The notes beneath the pieces are model-generated. The model was not told the DNA's origin, ran no database searches, and worked only from the letters and a program-made list of their open reading frames with translations. Made by a program: the position numbers and the translations under genes. Shown here piece after piece: positions 1-64,000 of a stretch of 64,000 bases of DNA. The DNA lies in assembly GCA_028534125.1 (NCBI GenBank), contig CM052818.1, forward strand, positions 36,518,001-36,582,000, given 5' to 3'. Source of the DNA: Lama glama (taxonomy: Eukaryota). How positions within the stretch are numbered: the stretch's first letter is position 1; every line of letters begins with the position of its first letter.

Positions 1-276
1 TGCTTCCTAAGAGCCATTTCAGTTTACAAAGCCCCGGGTGCTACTCAGGAGTTCTACTTCTCCTCACCAGCACTTGGAGTCCCCCCAGCTCCCCGCCTTT
101 ATTTTTCGGTTTGGGAAGGTAATATAGTAAGTAAAGATGTTACCGCATTATTTAAGTTTCATTATTTAATAAATATCCATGTTGAACTTTTTTATTGTAT
201 GTTTATTAGCAATGTTTCCTCTTCGTGGGGTCTGTTTATGACCTATTTAACAGTTGGAATCACTTAACATTTTCTT

Positions 277-469
277 TTCTTTTTCTTTTTTCTTTTTTTT
301 TTTTGAGTAAAGGCAGATTTATTTAGAGAGATACATACTGCATAGAGTGTAAGGCAAGAAAAAGGCCACAAGTTTTGGGAGTTGGGAACTCAGGCTAAAG
401 TAAAAGTAGGTACACACTCCACAGACAGAGTGCAGGTCGTCCCCGAAGATGAGGGAGCAAAAAGAGGCC
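277..469 (-). mobile_element. PolyA-tailed retroposed insertion (SINE-like or LTR-tail-like, probably 5'-truncated) with 16-bp TSD
   Basis: Perfect direct repeat cacttaacattttctt at 261-276 and 470-485. The minus strand ends aataaatctgcctttactc plus an A-rich tail. Confidence 0.85.
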
Positions 470-592
470 CACTTAACATTTTCTTATTGAACTACTTGGG
501 CTGTTTAATAAAGATATTAGTCTTTTGTCACATGGACTACAATACTTTTCCTGTTCTAATTTTGGCTGAGTTTTTATTTATTTTTTTTAAAG

Positions 593-594
<2 letters not shown>

Positions 595-626
<32 letters not shown>
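595..626. repeat. (CA)16 microsatellite
   Basis: Direct reading. Confidence 0.98.
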
Positions 627-628
<2 letters not shown>

Positions 629-1427
629 GTGACCTATGTCCTGTTTGAGGCTGTCACAATAAACTCTCTCACCATCCATGCCAGGTCTGATGGTAGCACC
701 TTGAGTCCAACAAGAGAGACTCTCCCCGTGGTTACATGGGTGCCTAATATAGCAGACACACGTATCTTTTATGATAACTACACACTCTTAATAGACCCAG
801 AGAACATATTTCCCTTGACTTAGGCAAATAGAGCAGAGAAGGAAGGAGCTAACAAAACTATTGCTTGGTTTTTATAACAGGTTATAATTTCAACTCTTCG
901 TGATTGGAATCTTCTGGACACTCTCCATCCTTTCCTCTAGGACTGGTGTTTCTGAAGATACCACGGCAGATATTTTTGGCAAGTGTATGGTCTACTCATC
1001 CTAAGGCCTCAGCTGAGTTCTCTGAAGAACTCTCATTCCCACCTACCCTGACCTACCTTCTTCCGATTTTTTTCGTGCAAGGAGACACCAGGTCTTGGTG
1101 AGATCTGGGGGTTAAAGGCGTGGGGCTCTTCGCATGGGTAAAATGCTGGTAAACTTACCTTCTCCTACTAACCCATTAAATCTACCCTCTTGCCCTGCAG
1201 GAGAGCGAGCTGTCTGGTGTTCTACACTTTACCCCAGGCTTTGTGTGGGTCTCCTTATTAGAGCAGAGCCGGTCTGTACAACAGGTTAGAGAACAGCAGG
1301 CAGGGAGAAGGCGGGGAGGCCACGCGGACTGAATTTTAGGGTGGAAGTCCCACCTTGTTCTCCCTAGAGGAAGTGTGTTGTGGCTCTTCTCAGGCTGATG
1401 AGTTGGAGCTGGCACACCGCTTTGCCA

Positions 1428-1497
1428 CAGTCCTTCCCAAAGGGTCTCAGGTACAGGAGTCAGACCAGTCCTTCCCAAAGGGTCTCAGGTACAGGAG
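1428..1497. repeat. Local tandem duplication, two identical 32-bp copies at 38-bp period
   Basis: cagtccttcccaaagggtctcaggtacaggag at 1428-1459 and 1466-1497. Confidence 0.95.
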
Positions 1498-1771
1498 CTA
1501 ACTCTGAAGATTTCAGCTGCACAGGTGTGACAAGAAGAGCACTTGAACTGAAGGGAGATCCTCAGGGTCAGTGCCAAAGTGTCTGTGAGTTCCTTTAAAC
1601 TTTGACCTTTAAGTGCCCTTTATCCTTGGCTTTCACTCTACACATTCCCTTGCTAAGGAGTCCTGTCCTCTGTGATCACTGAGATCTGCATTCAGGTCTG
1701 TAGCAGGGCCCAGACAGCCACTGTGGGAGGATGTGCTGGCCTGCCCGGGGATCGCTGGCACACAGAGGCAT

Positions 1772-3799
1772 NNNNNNNNNNNNNNNNNNNNNNNNNNNNN
1801 NNNNNNNNNNNNNNNNNNNNNNNNNNNNNNNNNNNNNNNNNNNNNNNNNNNNNNNNNNNNNNNNNNNNNNNNNNNNNNNNNNNNNNNNNNNNNNNNNNNN
1901 NNNNNNNNNNNNNNNNNNNNNNNNNNNNNNNNNNNNNNNNNNNGTGTCATCTGTGTTGAGTCCTGCTGACCACTAGCACCTCCTTTGGAGGCAGACGCAC
2001 ATCATCGCTAACGTTAGCCCTGCCCCAGNNNNNNNNNNNNNNNNNNNNNNNNNNNNNNNNNNNNNNNNNNNNNNNNNNNNNNNNNNNNNNNNNNNNNNNN
2101 NNNNNNNNNNNNNNNNNNNNNNNNNNNNNNNNNNNNNNNNNNNNNNNNNNNNNNNNNNNNNNNNNNNNNNNNNNNNNNNNNNNNNNNNNNNNNNNNNNNN
2201 NNNNNNNNNNNNNNNNTTGATGCCCGACATTGGAATCGGAATTTTGTGTCATCAGATACTGAAAGATGGAAAGCGCGTCCTGTCCTCTTCTCCATATAAA
2301 TGGTTTTTTTTTTATTATTATGAAATGACGGCAAGTTGACTTCCCAGATATAAAAATGGTAAATGTGTTATTTGGTACCAACTCCAACTAAACAGCGCAG
2401 CAGTGGCAGCCGCATCCTTCGTGCCCTGGAATGGAAACTGGTCACCGCGTGAGGTTTGTGGGTCTGAGGACTAGCGGGAAGGCCTTCCTCTTTGAGCCAC
2501 GGTGTGACCTCCCTCCTGGCTCCCCCTTCTCGGGTTAATATGCTACAAGAAGAGTGATTCTGCTCTTGCCCCTCAGGCCTTGGCTGTCGTGGCTCGTCTA
2601 AGAAGGCTGTCCCCATCCTGAGAGCTCTTGTGGCAGGTGCCTTAATATATACCTATAAATATCAAAAATAGTCTCCTGTGCTTTGTAGACATTTATTCTC
2701 CCTCCTTCCCTTCCAACCCGGCCTGGGTCCTCAGCTTTACCTCATGGAGGGAGCTGGACTGGTGTCATGAGCCAGAACTGGTTTCCTTCTGGAACAGAGT
2801 CTTCTTCCTTTGACAGTGCCTCCATGAGGCACAGCTTTTATGGGGCTGTCTGGGAGTTACTTTTTCTAAAAATAAAACGGGGTCATTCACACCCCCCCAG
2901 GAGAGATCCTCTATTCTGCACATAGAAAAATTAGAGCAAATGCCCCACTCTGGCACTACCTACAAAGAGCTTTGGGAATTCCTGCATCATCCCTCTTGTG
3001 GCTGCCGCTTTCTCTCGGTACTTAAAAATAGCCTTTTGTTTATCAAGAAAATGCCTTGGAAACCTAAATAACTCATATTGGATAACAGAATGCTAGCACA
3101 ATCACCTTGTCCTTCTCCAGCAAAAACATGGTAGAAAACCCTGTGAAGGGACAGACGGCTGTCCCCAGCTGTTCCTGCCCGCGGCTGCCCCTGCAGGGCT
3201 GCTCCAGTCACATCTGGCTCCTCGCGGCGGCTGGACTTAGCTTCGACCCAGCAGGGACCATCAGCCTCCTAGGCCTCGTGCCCCATAGTATTGTTCCTTG
3301 TTTTCTGTCAGCCACTGGATGTGTAGATTGTTTAAATACAAAAGTAGGAATCAAAGTGATAAGGACACTTTGATCTTATTCCAAGAGAGCCTGATGCCTA
3401 CATTGTCCTAGGATAACTATGGTTGGCTGGGGATCAAGCTTGCTCTGCAGGAAGGAAAAAACAGCTGCTCTCTCCCAGTTGAAAAATACGTGGAACTCTA
3501 TTGCACCGGGCAGAGTGAGCGCCTCCGTTCAGAGCAAGTCCCTCTGCAGGAGCCCCCAAGGCCTGGCTCGCTTGCTCAGATGGTTGTGGTTCCTGCTGCT
3601 TGGAGGCTACGCCCCCGTTTCCCCCAAAGGTGAGGATGGTTTTCTACATTCAGTGCAGAGAGTATTCAAAATGTTTAGAGCAGTGAGTTCCTCGATTGTG
3701 TCGGTCGGCCCCTTATTGGTGTTGCTGAAAACTGACCTCTGTGAGTAGCATTTGCCTCACCAGACGCGTNNNNNNNNNNNNNNNNNNNNNNNNNNNNNN
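1772..3799 (-). other. KLHL29: KLHL29 3' UTR (approximate extent)
   Basis: Repeat-free sequence following the last coding exon. Minus-strand AATAAA at 2697-2692 and 2316-2311. The distal end is inferred near N-run 1772-1943. Confidence 0.6.
2692..2697 (-). terminator. Candidate proximal polyadenylation signal AATAAA
   Basis: Plus-strand tttatt, followed on the minus strand by a U-rich stretch (ctatttttgatatttatagg). Confidence 0.4.
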
Positions 3800-61285
<57,486 letters not shown>

Positions 61286-61564
61286 CTGCAAGGGAGATGG
61301 AAGAGATGTCATCTACCCGTTACACATTCACTCAGCAAACACTGACCGCCCCTGACCCCGGGCTGGGTGCCAGGGTCACAGAGGTGGACGAGATACCTGT
61401 GTCCAGGGGCTCACAGATTAAGGATCTGTGATTACAGTGGCACAAAATAAGTCCTTTGGGAGTATATAAACATGGCCATGAGGGCTCAGAGGAGGAAACA
61501 CAATCTGCCTGGGAGAGGTTGAGATGAAACAAAAGTTGCGAGAAAAAGGTGGAGATCTTCAAAG

Positions 61565-61775
61565 AGATCTGGATTCAAAACGACTCTTCCACTTACTAAG
61601 GGCCTTGGGCAAGTCGCCTGTCTCCCCTGGGCCTCATTCTTCCCATCTGTTAAATAGAACTAGCAGCACCTACCTCATAAGCCTCCTGGGAAGAATGGAA
61701 TGAGGAAAATGTATTTGAAAAACACTCCCCAAATTAGCAGAGTGTCTGACGTGTGTTAAATGTTCTATAAATGTT
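61565..61775 (+). mobile_element. MIR SINE fragment
   Basis: ctggattcaaa...ccacttacta...ccttgggcaagtc...gggcctca...catctgttaaa...cacctacctcata. Confidence 0.8.
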
Positions 61776-64000
61776 GGCGTTTTCCCTTCCTTTCTGGAGA
61801 ATTACTGTCTGAGAAAGGCGGGGAGAAGGCTGGATTGTGAAGATAGCAGGTGTCTGGCTGGGCAAGGTGAGAGTGTCAGAGCCTGGAGCTGTGCAAAGGT
61901 CCTGCGGTGCAGGACAGAAAAGCCATGGGTAGGGGCAGTGGGAGAAAGCTAGCAGGGGCTGCTTTCCTGAGCCTTGCTTGGGGGCCAGGCTTTGTCTTAA
62001 CCAACCTCTGTGTGGCCAGCCCTGGTGGAAACAAGGGAAGTCAATTTTGGGCCTGAAGGAAATTTTGGCTGAACAAGTGGGTCAGACACACCTCCTGGGA
62101 TCCAATTCAAGATGCAAAGCCAGCTGTGCCTAAGTCAGGCAGAATAGGGCCCAGGCCCTCCTGAACTCAGCTGACACTGATGTGACCCAAGCAGGCCAGT
62201 GAGTGAAGCCGGAAGATACTGTGACACGGAGGGCCACCGCTGATTGAATAAGTCCAGGTCTAGTCTCTGTCACCTGAATGCCACCTTGGTTGTCATGGTG
62301 CCTCTGGAGTGGCATTGTAGATTGAGGGTGGAGACTGAAGGAGAGTGGGGACTGGGGGAGCCACTCAGGACCACCAGCCCGAGGCTGGAAGGTAGGGCTT
62401 GGAGCTCTCTCACAGAAAGATAATTTCGAGGCAGGGCAGGAGCCAAGATGGTGCCAACCACCAGTGGGTGCTGTCTCCAAGGAGTCGTCCAGAGGGGGAG
62501 CCACTTGGCACAGTGGTGGAAAGCCAGGCTTGGCACCGGACAGACAGCACTTTAGTCCTGGTTCTGCCCTTGCTAACTGACTGACCTCAGCACAAGCCTT
62601 CCCCGAGGCAGGTTCCTCATCTGCAACGGGTCAGTAATACCAACTTGTTGTGAGCAACGAGGTGACACACAGAACAAGGCACATAATAAATATGTATAAC
62701 AAATAGTTCTGATTTTGGTAATGAGAGAAGCTGGAGAAAACTAGGAGCAGACAAATGTGAGTGGAACAGTGCCAGCCAGCTCAGGGGGATCGTCTCTCAG
62801 CCTGAAGAACAGGAGGTGGCGTCACTGTGAGCTAGCCTGGTGTCTTAAGGACAAGGCATGTCCCCTGAAGCTCAGTCCTCTCCAGGATTAGCCCGGGAGC
62901 CTGGAAAAACGCATCAGAGCTTGAGAGCACAGCTGGCGAGCTCCGTATGGTGAACATAGAGAGAGGTACTGCCGCAGGGGTGATTGATTCACGAGTCGGC
63001 GAATGGCCTAGAGGATGCTGGGAACATAAAGGGAGATCTCTAATGATGTTGATGACGGTATGGAAGACTTATGGCCAAGTCTGCAGGGGACATAATATTG
63101 GGAGGGTTAGGCATAGGTCAGCAATAAAAGCAGGCATCTAAGAGATGCTAAGAGTCATACAAGGAGATATTGACAGGGTCTTGCCATTGGGTTCCCACAC
63201 CCAGCGGCTTAAGCCAGATTGTAAGGAGATGGACAGGGGTCAGAGTAGCCACCATGACAGTCTTGGGGTCTTACTGTTGAGACAGGATGTGACGTGGCTG
63301 CCAGCAGAGCAGAAGTGATGTAAGGCTACAATGATGAAGGTAGAGGGGCTGAATGGAGGAGGTGCTGCAGACCAATTGTGAGCTTTCTTGGGGGTTGGCA
63401 CTGAGGGACGCAGAGAGAGGAAAAAACCCCCAGGAAGGTAAAGGGACTGGAAGCCATGGGCTCTAGAGCGTGGTGAAGGATGTGGGGTGTTCATTCTGCA
63501 GAAGACTTGGAGAGGGGATGAGCCAGGGTCTTCAGAGGGCATGGTGCGGGCGGCCAAGGCCGCATGTTCTGTGTATGCCGGGGGGAGGTCTGGGACCAAT
63601 GGAGACAACAAGGAAGGCTTTTGTTATAGTCGGAGCTGTCCAAAGAAGGCCTGAGGTGCTGTAGAAGGTGGTGAACTCCCAGATCGCAGGGAGGGAGAGG
63701 AGCCTCTCGGTTCTCACATAACCACTGGCAAGGTAAAACCTCACTGGAAGGTGTGACTTTGGAATTTTGTGAATCAGAGTAATGAGGTTTAGGTATGACT
63801 AACTATTCAAATAACTTGAAGCAGATTCAGTCACTCCTACAATGTCACTCTCTCTCCCTTGCCCTTCCCAATACTTTCTTGAGCAATGGGTAGAGACACA
63901 GCTACTGCCCAGGGAATTTCACGCAGTTCCCGCCCCCAGCCCCGCCCTGTCCCCAGTGCAGCTTGAGGTCCTGGCTGCTGCAGGCTGTGGGTCAGGACCA

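Noticed and set aside
1-260. AT-rich start with AATAAA-like hexamers as the 3' end of a neighbouring gene such as ATAD2B
   Set aside because: No exon evidence; it looks like decayed L1 or AT-rich intergenic DNA.

Overview
Mammalian (non-primate, non-rodent looking) genomic DNA containing the 3' part of KLHL29 (kelch-like 29, a BTB-BACK-Kelch CUL3-adaptor family gene) on the minus strand. Nine coding exons are visible with canonical AG/GT boundaries and consistent phases: 61285-60773, 16586-16384, ~15284-15025, 12563-12365, 12238-12056, 11852-11672, 6677-6484, 6142-5998 and 3983-~3800. One BTB exon is not visible and is inferred to lie in an N-run, and the 5' exons lie beyond the right end of the window. 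The rest is intron and 3' UTR with old repeats (MIR, L2, L1M, MLT1 solo LTRs, MER5/MER63) and microsatellites. There is one apparently younger polyA-tailed insertion with a perfect 16-bp TSD. The N-runs behave like length-preserving masks rather than assembly gaps. The best leads are a compact CpG-rich promoter-like element inside the long intron (possible internal TSS for a BTB-BACK-Kelch-only isoform), clustered miRNA 8mer sites in the 3' UTR, a triple octamer cluster and several enhancer-like AT-rich blocks. I see no convincing evidence of a wholly new biological system. Nearly all ORFs in the supplied track are spurious.
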